Assembly: GCF_001194135.2 (NCBI RefSeq)
Contig: NC_068983.1
Location: forward strand, 3,789,999-3,853,998
Length of the DNA stretch: 64,000 nucleotides
Direction of reading: 5' to 3'
From: Octopus bimaculoides
Taxonomy: Eukaryota
The first letter of the stretch is position 1; each line of letters begins with the position of its first letter. The translations under genes were made by a program, and so were the position numbers. Below, one piece after another: positions 28,134-40,800 of the stretch. Below the pieces are notes generated by a model. It had not been told where the DNA came from. It worked only from the letters and a program-made list of their open reading frames with translations, and ran no database searches.

Positions 28134-31100
28134 ATATTCTGGATTGGAAATGTTAAAGTAGTAAAATGTAAGTAAAAGCAAGAAGATAAATGTTGTTTAT
28201 CTGCTTCATACCAGTGTAATCCGGTTTGAACCTGAAGAGAACGTTTAGCTGGTGGACGGCCATCTTTTGTAGAGAATCTAAATGAATTTGGTGATATTTT
28301 GAAGCGAGTTCAATAGGAAGGAGGGGAATAGAGCTGTCCGTTTCTCTTTTAGCAAAACCTGGAGAAAGACAAGAGAAAACATCAGCTTATATTGTGATTG
28401 TGCATTTGTATGTGTCAATATATTGTGAGTGAATTTGGTAGATGTAAACCGAATGGAAACCATCGTGTGTGCATATTAATAAAACTGCTGTAACTGACTA
28501 TATGTATGTATGCACAAATATCGTGTCACGAACCTGGGTACCAAACTGTTAATCATTAACTAACGAAGTCAAAACTATTGAAAAGGTTACAAAATGAAAC
28601 GAAGATTTTAGAAAAACGAAAAAGAAATAAGTGGAAATTTTACTGGTGAGTGTGTTAAAGTACTAAAAGAGAATATGTTTCAACACACAAACTCACATAA
28701 AGAATCTTGCAAACCAAATCCCAAAACGAAATAACAAAGTTAACATTTTCATTAATAATTTAACTTTTAAGTTAACTTTGGAAATCATTTTCAGAATAAT
28801 TAACTTCCATTTCATTTAACTTCCGTTAATTCAAGTTAACTTCCATTTAATTGAAGTTAACAAATTTTACAGTTTTGGCACTTTTTAAAGGTGTTTTTAG
28901 GTGGGTTTTAGAGCAAAAACTGGTTCTTTTGTTTCTTTTTTCTATAATAAAAATTAAGGTTAATAGTTTATCGATAACTTCCATTACATTTTTAAAGAAT
29001 TAACTGATTAACAGTTATTGAAGTTAACTTTTTGGTTAACAGATTAACAGTGCCCACCTTTGGGGTGTCCAGTTGTCATTTTATATGAGAAACCTAACAG
29101 TGATAAACAGAGGTTGAGAAAATATTGGGTTTGATATGATAGACTCAAACCCTTGACTGTGATGCTGCAGTATGGCCAGACTTGTAAAAATAAAAAAACA
29201 AAAACTTAAAATAAAGCTGTATATGTTGCCTTACCTTGTGTTATTAAAGTAAAAATGTTCAAAGAATCCTGCGTAAGAAAATTAAGAAAAGTTAATTAGA
29301 AATTAAATGCATCGTTAATTAAAACCTTCAAAATATGAAAAAAAAGAGTTAAAAGCATTGCATTACTAGATTGTAGTACATCGATCATGGGAAAGGATGA
29401 ATTATGTTTGGTGGTGGCCTAGTGATGCAATCTCAGGCATGCAAATTTTCTTCATACATTTTATATTTTACTTGTTCAGTCATTTGACTGCTGCCATGCT
29501 GGGGTACCACTTTAAAAATCTTTTAGTCAAATGAAGTGACTCCAGTGCATTTTTTTTTAAAGCCAGTGCTTTTTAAGTGGTACCAGCACGAATGCTTTTT
29601 ACGTGGCACCATCAAGTGCTTTTTATGTGGAACCAGCACATCAAAAATAATGAAGAATAATAAACTTCAATGTAAAGATGAAAGATTGTGTCAAAGAAAT
29701 CTTTCTTACCTGTTGAAGAATGGAAGTTTGCTGACAGGTACTGATGACAGGGAACGACTGGTTGATAAGTATACCAGAAATATCTACAGAAATAACAAAG
29801 ATTTGAAGAAAGAGTCAGAAATATTTTAGACCGTAGTTCTTTCACAACTATCACCATCATCCTTTTATGGGCTGGACAGAGCTTATGGAAGCAGATTTTC
29901 TACAGCTGAATACCATTCCTGTTGCTAACCCTCACCTGTTTCCAAGCAACAGAATTTTTCCTCATGACTAAATATTCTGCTTTTACAGAATATAAGACCC
30001 ATCTGACCCATGCCAGCATGGAAAACAGACGTTAAATGATGATGATGAATGACAGTGACCCTCACATCTATCATGTGATATGAAGACAAGGAGACAAATA
30101 CACACAATGGGCTTTGTCCAGTTTCTGTGTACTATAGCTTCAAGACACATTTGCCCAGAGTGGAGTGGGACTGAACCCAAAACCATGGAGTTGGCAATCA
30201 CACTTCTTAATCACACAGCCACATCTGTGTCTATATAAGTTGTTATCTAATGATGTATGATTGTATTTCTACATTGGATCAAGAAATCCTTTTTATTTCT
30301 ATGTTAATGTTGATTAAATGACTGCTCAGTCCAAGCCTCTGTATTATCCCACTTACTCCTACCACCCCCAATGTCCCCTGAGGGCATGTCTTGACACATC
30401 TTCACCACCATCCCTCACATAATTGCCCCCGTTATCTTACCCTCTCTCTTTGTCTTACTCTTACTTGCTCTCTTTTCTCTTCCAACTGGAGTATCCATGT
30501 CTCTACTCTCCAGCATGACCCCTTTCCTTGTCCCTCTGTACCTTTGATCTCTCAACTGGTGCAAAGCCACCCCTGCCTCAATACTACTCCCGCCACCCCT
30601 GAGCCAAGGAGTTACGTCTTGGAAGTTGCTTGGTCACCCTATCAGCACCGATGTCATGTAAAAAGCGCCCAGTACACCCTGTAAAGTGGTTGGTGTTAGG
30701 AAGGGCATCGAGCTGTGGAAACCATACCAAAACAGACAATGTAGCCAAGTGTGGACCCCAGTCTTACCAGCTCCTGTCAAACTGTCCAACCCATACCAGC
30801 ATGGAAAATGGCTGTTAAATGATGATGATGATGATGATGATAATGTTGAAGGGCTGGCAACAAGAAAGGTTTCTGGTCATACTAAATCCATCTCAACAAA
30901 CTTTGTTCCACCCATGCAAGTAGGGGAAAAATAGATGTTAAAACGATGATGATGATGATGTGGATTGTGATGACATGGATAAACCAACAAAACTTTACAA
31001 ACCTTTGAGAAGAGATTTTCGTTTATCTGTAAGTGTTATGTTCTTTGAAATGCAAAGCTTCAGAATTCTGTTTGCAATCAGTTGACATTGGTAAGATTTG

Positions 31101-33893
31101 TCAACTTTTCTGAAATATCAATATACAACATATACAACACCAAACAAACTGATAACACAACACACACACGTTAATATTTGTTGTTATGTTCACTTATAAT
31201 AAAAACAATTTTACATTAATCTGAAGGGTTATTCAGATTAGAATACTAATTTGGTATTCTTGAAGAAGAATATCATCTGACAATGCTTTAGCAGGCCAAA
31301 ACTTCAAAGTCACTATTCTGGCTATATTAGGCTTCAATCTGATCTGGCAAAGTTTCTACAGCTGGACACACTTCCTAACGCCAACCACTCAGAGTGTAGT
31401 GGGTGCTTTTTATGTGCCACTGTCACGGGAGCCAGTCAGGTGGCACTGGCATTGGCCACAACAATGATTTCACTTGACTCAACAGGTCTTCGCAAGAGCT
31501 GTTTATTGCCCAATGATTGGAGATATGCTGTGCATGAGAAGAACCAGCAAGCCAAGTGAGAGTGTAGCCATGGCCTATGCCAGTGCAGTGTAACCGACCC
31601 ATTTCGGCCACAGATTCACAAAAAGCTACTACAACACGACTAAGAAACAAGTTAGAAATACTTACAGATGCAAGTAAGTTCCAAACGTCATAATATTAGT
31701 GCAGTGTAACTTCCATATAATCTCCAGGCATAAATTAGAGTTCTATGAAAGAAAACAAGAGGATATAGATATAAATATACAGTTACAACAACATCATCAT
31801 CATCATCATCGGTTAATGTTTGCTTTCCATGCTGGCATGGGTTGGACGGTTTGACTGAAGAACTGGTAAGCTGGGGAGCTGCCCCAGGTTCCAGTCTGAT
31901 TTGGCAAGGTTTCTATGTCTGGATGCCCTTCCTTATGCCAACCACTCCAAGAGTGTCGTGGATGTCTTTTTACATGCCACCTGCATGGGTGCCAGTCTGA
32001 CGGCACTGGCATTGGCTACGACTACAATTTCATGGCCACTACAACAATAAAAATTCAAAGAAAATAAATGTATGGTTTAACACTTCTGGCATGACACACC
32101 AACATCACCACCACCAACAACAACAACATAAAGACTATTGCTTATACTCACAGTTGCAGAGATGTATTTGTGGAAGAAGTCCATTTCAAATTGTTGCTCT
32201 TTCAGTGAGAGTATTACATCGATTATGACTTGTAAGGAAACCTGAAACAGCAAAGAACTCTATTATAGATGATGGCTGTGAACTCGTTGGGCAAGCATGA
32301 CCATTGCTGACCAGTTAAGTGTTCAGAAATGCTCACACAATGGTTTTAGGTTGAGTGCAGCTTGCACAACACCAAAAGTAGTTTTACTAGCAATACCAAA
32401 AAGCCCACAGACAACCAAAGTGCAAGGTATCTGGCTCAGCAGAATGGTGGGTTTTATATATACAAGCTAGCCTTCTTCTGGAGGGATACCTTAACAAAGA
32501 TCAGGGTTCCCTCATGCCCAGTGGGTTTACTACACCTTTGGACACCAACCCAAGTATTCCTATGTCCCAGTGCTCATATATTAGTTTACCCATGGCTGGG
32601 ACCTTAACAGGTGCTACAACGAAAATAAAATCCTTTAAAGTAATACGTAAATAATGGAGATGCACAACAAAGAATACACTGAAAAGTAACGCAATTGTTT
32701 AGCAGTTACTGTGATGTGCAATTGAATCGACTGGACAAATGTAAACAAATGCCTTCCAATAACCTGGACTTGCCCCTCCCCTCAAAACTGCTGGCTGTGC
32801 AACGCACAATGGACTCGCATTCCTGTTCAGGAGGCGAGGGGGGGGGGGGGAATGTGATCTTAAGTGACTTACCATGGAAGTAGGGTAACTGGCCTTAGTC
32901 CAAGGGCCTGAGGAATCACACACATACACGCTGGGCTTCTCTCAGTTTCTGTCTACTAAATCAACTTAAAAAACTTTGGTCAATCCAGGGTCAGAGAAGA
33001 AGGCTTAAAATGCTATGGAACAGGCTTGAACCCCAAACCATGTCATTATGAAGCACATTTCTTAACCATATAGATGCAGGCATAGCTGTGTACTAAGAAG
33101 TTTGTTTCCCAACCACATGGTTCCAGGTTCAGTCCCACTGCGTGGCATGTTGGGCAAGTGTCTTTGACTATAGCTTCAGGCCGACCAAAGACTTGCAAGT
33201 GGATTTGGTAAATGGTAACTGAAAAGAAGTCCATTGTGTTTGTCCCCCACCATTGCTTGACAACCAGTGTTGGTGTGTTTACGTCGCTGTCACTTAGCAG
33301 TTCGGCAAAAGAGAGTAACAGAACAAGTTTCAGACTTTTAAAAAAAAAAGTCCTGGGGTTGATACATTCAACTAAAAGTTCTTTGAGGCAGTGCCCCAGC
33401 ATGGCCAGTCTAATGACTGAAACAAGTGAAAGATACAGTCCCTTATGTACTTTTACAAAATCTAAAACCTTGAGATTCCCTGAAGACCATTTGGTCAGTC
33501 CTCTAACCCTTCAGGACGCCCTCTTCCCTACACCTCTCTCTTTCCTCCAAAATCACAGACAGAACAAGCAATACAAGGCCTCAAAATATCTGCTGAGAAC
33601 TAAAAAATAAAAACAATACAAAACCCTCGTACATGCGCTTTGTCCTGAAGTATGTCTTCGTAGTTGGAAGAAGTCTCCTCTTTGGACAGTTGCATAATCA
33701 CGGAACCACAGTAATTGGCAGCTACAAGAGCAAAAGGTTGTCCGGAACGAGCCACTTCGTTATGAAGCCATTCCATGCAAGCATCGACTGGAAAAGACCA
33801 AAAAACAGCTTCAGAAGAACTTTCACTCTTTCACTGAACCCTAACGCTTTCACATTCGGGTTCCTGTATCAAATGTAATCCTTATTTATTCAC

Positions 33894-33948
<55 letters not shown>

Positions 33949-36900
33949 CAAACATATATATACAGACATACTTATATACAAACATACATATACATACATA
34001 CATATATACAAACATACATATACATACACACATATACATACACACATATACATACACACATATATATATATATATATATATACACAGATATATATATATA
34101 CATACATATAGATATATGCATACATATAGATATATACATATATATACACACATATATACACATACACATATACACATACACACATATATAGACATATATA
34201 CACATATATACATACACGCACATATACACACACATATATACACACACACTTTCATAACATTAAATATAAGAAACTTTTGGGGCCATAAGCACACCTGGGG
34301 TACACACATGCCTAAATACACACACACACGATGGGCTTCTTTCAGTTTCCATCTACCAAATTCACTCACAAGGCTTTGGTCGGCCTGAGGCTTTAGCAGA
34401 GGACACTTGCCCAAAGTACCATGCAGTGGGACTGAACTTGGACCCATGTGGTTGGGAAGCAAGCTTCTTACCACACAGCCACAACCACAAATTCATACAC
34501 ACACACATATGCAATAGGATTCTTTGTTTCTCTATGAAATCCACTGATGGCTATAATTGATGATGCTTCCTTAAGGTTCCATGGATTGTGACTGAACCCA
34601 AAACCATGTATTTTGGAAGCAGACTTTTTTAACCACACTGCCACATCTGTGCCTATAATGTGCATGCACACACACAAGTTTTCATACAGTTTCTGTCTAC
34701 TACATGCAGTCCCAAGCCATTGGCCTGACTGAGGTTAGAGTAGAACACACTTGACCCAAAATGTCACACAGTGTAATTGTACTCAAAACCACATGATTAC
34801 AAAACAGACTCGACACATCCAGGCCTGTGAATGTCAAGATCATATTTCCATTCTGTTTATGTAGCAGTCTGCTTCCTCACACTCCCGTCAAGTAGCTCAG
34901 CTAAACACTGCTCATGGCTTGAATCCTTTAAGTGGTTCCCAGAAGTTCATAACACTAACTTGTCCGCAGTTTTTTAGCCAAACCACAATTAAACAACAGC
35001 AAATGTGTTTGTTTCACTGTCTTTTTATTTATGTAAATATTTGCCACTTGTACATCATCGTCATCATTGTTTACCGTCCACTTTCCATGGGGCACCAATA
35101 TAAATACATATACATACACACATATACAAACATAGTACTTATTTTGGTAGTTTTGACTTATGGAGTCCCTCTAAGCGTGAGGCATTANNNNNNNNNNNNN
35201 NNNNNNNNNNNNNNNNNNNNNNNNNNNNNNNNNNNNNNNNNNNNNNNNNNNNNNNNNNNNNNNNNNNNNNNNNNNNNNNNNNNNNNNGAAAATCACGGTG
35301 GTGCACCAGCATGACCGCAGCCACTTGGCTGAAACATTGAAGGAGGGGATCTTGTGTCGGATGATGAAACGTTATAGTGAGGTAGAGAGACAGAAACAGG
35401 TGCCTTGCTGTAGAGGAAGTACAAGGTTACCCAGCCTGAGAAAGAGAGAGAGAGAGATCAGGAATGAAGAGAGAAACAGGTGCACTGCCACAAAGGAAAT
35501 AGATGGTTGTCCAACCTGAGGGAAGTGAAGGAGAGAGAGAGAGAGAGAGAGTGGGAGACAACAGGATAGAGATGGTGGCAAAATGCTGGGCATGCTCACA
35601 AGGGACAGGGATCAGAATATTAAATAGGATGGTTGAGTAAAGGAAGAGAGAGAGATACAGATGATGGCAAGTGCCAGGGTTCGAACCCTTGAGGTTCGGA
35701 ATGCCATAATATAAGTGGCAGGAGATTAAAGAGTGTGGAGGTGGGAGGCGAGTGGAGGAAACCTGGGTATATATAGAGTTGTGGTGGGGGGAGCTACCAG
35801 ATAGCAATGATACAGAGAAACAGGGCCGTGAGGACAGGATTGGGGAGTGAGAGGTAGGCATAGTGTTTGAAGGAGGAAATGTGAGAAAGAGGTGTGGAGA
35901 TGTAGATTGGTTTGTTGGGGTAGGGTGTGTGGAAAGTTTCCTTGTTACTTGTGGGTGGAACACACAGGTCAGGGGGGAGGGTTAGCAGAGAGTAATGATA
36001 CAGTGAGACAGAGTGTGCGGGTGGAACACACAGGTTGGGGAGCTAGAAGATAGAAATGATACAGTGGCACAGGGACAAGAGGACAGGACTGGGGAGTGGG
36101 AGGTAAGCATAATGCATAAATGTGAAGAAGAGAAGAGATGTAAAGACGTAGTTTGGTTTGTTGTTCACAGTGTGAGAAGTTTTCTTGATAAGTATGGATG
36201 GGACACACAATACTTCTAAAATTCAGTTTTGCTGACGTGGGCAGGTCTTCTCAAGAACTTCATATCGCCAGACATGTCGGTCCATTGTCATTTCATCCGT
36301 GAGGTCCAACATCCTGAGATCAGTCCTTACCACTTCATCCCACATCTTCCTGGGTCTCCCTCTTCAGCAGGTACCGTTCACTTTCAATGACCAGCACTTC
36401 TTTATGCAGCTGTCCTCATTCATACGCATCACATGTCCAAACCAATGGAGTCTCCTCTCTTGCATGATACATTTGATTCCGCTTAAACCCAACTTTTCTC
36501 TCAATACATTTGTACTTTGTCGTACATGCGCACTGATGTTGCACATCCAACAGAGTACACCACCCTCATCTTAAGACTCACTGACCAACAATGCTAGCAG
36601 ACTAACAATACCAAAAATAACAAGAACAACAGTCACTCAGTAATTCGTCTGCGTCCTTTCAGGAGATGCATTGGCCTTTGTCGTATAATTTCATGGGGCT
36701 CTGATGGGGTAATAAACAGCAGTAAACACAAGCCCATTCAACTTTGCATAACAGAGCATGAAATAAAAATACAAACCTGGTAAAGTTGTTTTGGAATCAC
36801 CGGAGACATTTATTTGGGTTACCTAAGGAATTAAGAAATTAAGAGAATAAATACCTTACAATTTTCTTGGACTTATATTTTATTTATAAAGTCATTACAT

Positions 36901-37775
36901 ATACTCTTTTACTCGTTTCAGTCATTTGACTGCGGCTATGCTGGAGCACCGCCTTTAGTCGAGCAAATTGACCCCAGGACTTATTCTTTGTAAGCCTAGT
37001 ACTTATTCTATCGGTCTCTTTTGCCGAACCGCTAAGTTACGGTTGTCAAGTGNNNNNNNNNNNNNNNNNNNNNNNNNNNNNNNNNNNNNNNNNNNNNNNN
37101 NNNNNNNNNNNNNNNNNNNNNNNNNNNNNNNNNNNNNNNNNNNNNNNNNNNNNNNNNNNNNNNNNNNNNNNNNNNNNNNNNNNNNNNNNNNNNNNNNNNN
37201 NNNNNNNNNNNNNNNNNNNNNNNNNNNNNNNNNNNNNNNNNNNNNNNNNNNNNNNNNNNNNNNNNNNNNNNNNNNNNNNNNNNNNNNNNNNNNNNNNNNN
37301 NNNNNNNNNNNNNNNNNNNNNNNNNNNNNNNNNNNNNNNNNNNNNNNNNNNNNNNNNNNNNNNNNNNNNNNNNNNNNNNNNNNNNNNNNNNNNNNNNNNN
37401 NNNNNNNNNNNNNNNNNNNNNNNNNNNNNCTTCACGTCTGGCTGTACAGCCTTTTTGCTTGTTTGTTTATTCAGCGTTTCGTTTTCCTGTCTTGTTTTCC
37501 GTCCGCCACTATCCTCCACGAAAATGATTTAATTTATGTTCGTGGGAAGAACCATTTCAACGATGCGTACTGCCTTAATTCTTCGAAACGCCAGTGTTTT
37601 AATGGTGGCAGCTGATGAAGGAGATGTTTCTATGTGGCTTGCTTGTTTGTTGTACCTTGTTTATCTTTTTGTCCATGTTCTTTTGCCACGTCATGTACCC
37701 AGTTATGTATCTATGTGTCCATGTAGATGAAGGTATATACATACATGTACATATATATGCATATACTCATATATT

Positions 37776-37814
<39 letters not shown>

Positions 37815-40800
37815 TATCTTCATAGAATTATAGTATCTGTGTGTATGTATATATGTATATCATCATATATATAAATAAAATATGAGTAACAGTAGAGGTA
37901 CAAGTATCAATCCATTACGGCCATTTATAACAATTCCTTTTATTGATTAATGAATACATCATTATAAAGAAACCATTTTCTTCAGATGATTTCACAAACT
38001 TCAAAATAATATCTCCCCACCCCCACCCCACTTCCACACGTCTACCATGACTCATACACTGTGCATTTCCCTGACTTTTGTACATAATTCTATGCACAAT
38101 ACATGCACCTCTGATGCATTGTAGTGCACCTGAGCACTGTACACAATAATTTCATTATTATTATAATTTAAAATTCACGGAACAAAAACATTTACAGTGG
38201 CAGAATGGATTTACCAGAATAATCTGATGAGAACAGAGAAATTTATAGGTTAGTAGAGCTTTTAGGAGTGGGGGAAGGAATAATCGGCTCCAGTGGCCCA
38301 ATTCTCTTTGCTTCTAACAAGAGATGAGAGCATGGCTCCATTCGTCTAGGTCAGAGGTTGTCAAATTTTTTGGGTCACTGCCTGCTCACCCCATGGTCAC
38401 ATAATACCCTCGACACTCCCACTCCTATTTTTATGTTTAAATAAATATTTTATATTTTACTAATTTATATATACTATGAATCATTTGATATCTAATATAA
38501 TATTATATAATTTGTATACAATACTATAATACTATAGTAAATTCATAGCTTCCCCCAACCCACTGCTTTCCTCCCAACGCCTCCTTTTTCTCTATTGACC
38601 ACCCCACCCCCACCTTAGGCACCAGTGCTCACTTGGACGGGGGGGGGGATCACTCACTTTGAGAGCATATGATCTAGGTTTATCTATTAAGGAGTTGTTT
38701 AATGTCTATTGGTCAGTGATAAGAAAGTGATTTGTGGTCAGAGGTCAACCTACTAAATTATCAAGGTCATTTGTGATGGAACCAATACACAAACAAGGAA
38801 GGGAGGAGAAAGAGAAAAAAAAAGGAAAGAAAGCTGACTGAAGGCAGTAGTCAGTGCCACCATTGCTAGAAATAAGAGCTAAAGTAACTCATGGCCACAA
38901 GAAAAACAAGCTCCCTCAGTGCCTCGGCACAGCCAGATGACCAGTAATTTTTTATTTATATTTATGTTTGTCAGTGATTCTCACCTAGAGCCTAGGGTTA
39001 AACACAACTTGCCTTGTCAGTTTATAAGATTACCATAGAAACCATATGCTGATTTCCTAAATGGTAAAAGAGAAAATTATAAATAAAGTTGGCTTGTTCA
39101 CAACTTTAAAACCGAAAGGCAGGAATATATGTCAGGTGAGTGATTAAGGGCACTGCTGAGCAGCAGTATTGCGTACCCTTTGGTTATCTCACCCCCATTA
39201 AAATATTGGGTTATCTCCCTACCGTTTTACGAGAAATATCGGTATTTTAGGTTATCTCCTTCAGCTAAAAAAATTGCTTAACCCTCAATAAAACGAAAAA
39301 GAAAAATTAATAATATACATAAAAAGTGAAAAGATGAAATATCGTTTTGAATCTGATAATATTTTTATAACAAATCATACGATTCCTTAAAAAATAAATA
39401 AACATGAAAGCGGAAAAAATTAATAAACATGAAATCTGAAAAAAATTGAACATCTTATTGAATCTGATAATATTTTAATAACAAACCACACCATTCCTAT
39501 TTAGGGGGCCAAAAGTCAACAATGTGTTGAAGTATTGAATCAAAAGGATCTTCTAACTCTTTTAATCCAATCTCTTGTCACCACATACACTGGATGACCC
39601 AATTTTTTTAATGGCAATTTTTTAATGGGGGTGAGATAACAAAAAAGTACCCAGTATTGCTAGAAATAAGAGTTAAAACAACTTATAGCCACAAGAAAGC
39701 ACTTACCTTAATGCACCATTCATGTGTGGGTTATTGCCAGTGCTGCCTGACTGGCTCTCCATGCTAGTGGCACGTAAAAAGCACCATCCAAATGTGGTCG
39801 ATGCCAACCTTCTCAGCCCCAACTGGCTCATGTGCCAATAGCACGTAAAAAGCACCAACTGAATGTGGCCGATGCCAGTGCCCCCCGACTGGCTTCTATG
39901 CCAGTGGCACATAAAAAGCACCCACTACACTCTTGGAGTGATTGGCGTTAGGAAGGGCATCCACCTATAGAAAAATTGCCAGATCAGATTGGAGCCTGGT
40001 GTGGCCTCCTGGCTTGCCAGTCCCCAGTCAAACCGTCCAACCCATGCCAGCATGGAAAATGGACGTTAAACGATGATGATAATGTTGATTGACAAGGGAT
40101 GATTGACATATGCCCAAGGTGGAATTGAACCCCAAACCAATGTGGTTAGGAAGCAAACTTTGTAACCAAACAGCCATGCTTGCACTTACTAGCCACACTT
40201 TCGACCATAAGTTTGAATAACAGACTGGATGACTGCAGGAGAAGAGTCTGCTGTTTTAGAGCTGACTTGCATATCAACAAACACTTGACTGTCCGGAAAC
40301 CTATTTTAAATCATAACAGCCATCTTAAAAAGAAGGAAAAAAAACCCCATTTGTTTTACTTTTAACAGAAACCCAACTCAGATCACATCCTGGTTGTATA
40401 AATGTCAAAGTAATTGAGAATAAAAGTTTCCTTCAAAATTCCATGTTAATTTGTGTCTGAAACAGCAGTTGGATACCGACACAGTTGTTTTACTAAATTC
40501 TTCATTCTAAAAAATTCATTGAAACAAAGTCAGTGTTTTTCAACAACAACAACAACAACAGCAGGAAACAGAAGTAGAGAAACCATAATGATTGAGCATC
40601 CAGGTTCCATATTGCCATGGGTTGGGTTGTTTGGCAGGATCCATGAGGTCTAAGGACTGCACCATGATCCATTGTCTGTATTGGCAGGATTTCTATGGCT
40701 GGATGCCTTTCCTAATGCTACGAGTAATCATGAGGTTGTCATGTAACTTGCCAAATTATGAACCCTGAAGTAAGGGAGGAAGGCTTTATGCTTAGAGATG

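Noticed and set aside
26880-28181. Long ORFs of 130-430 aa (also at 22.2, 37.0 and 42.4 kb)
   Set aside because: They are open only because they cross N gaps and microsatellites.
33886-34474. Overlapping Tyr/Ile/Cys/Val-rich ORFs
   Set aside because: These are translations of (TA)n/(CA)n microsatellite.
38217-38244. Strong-looking acceptor with a short exon candidate (also near 32591-32614)
   Set aside because: The phases do not bridge the flanking FANCA exons and there is no homology.
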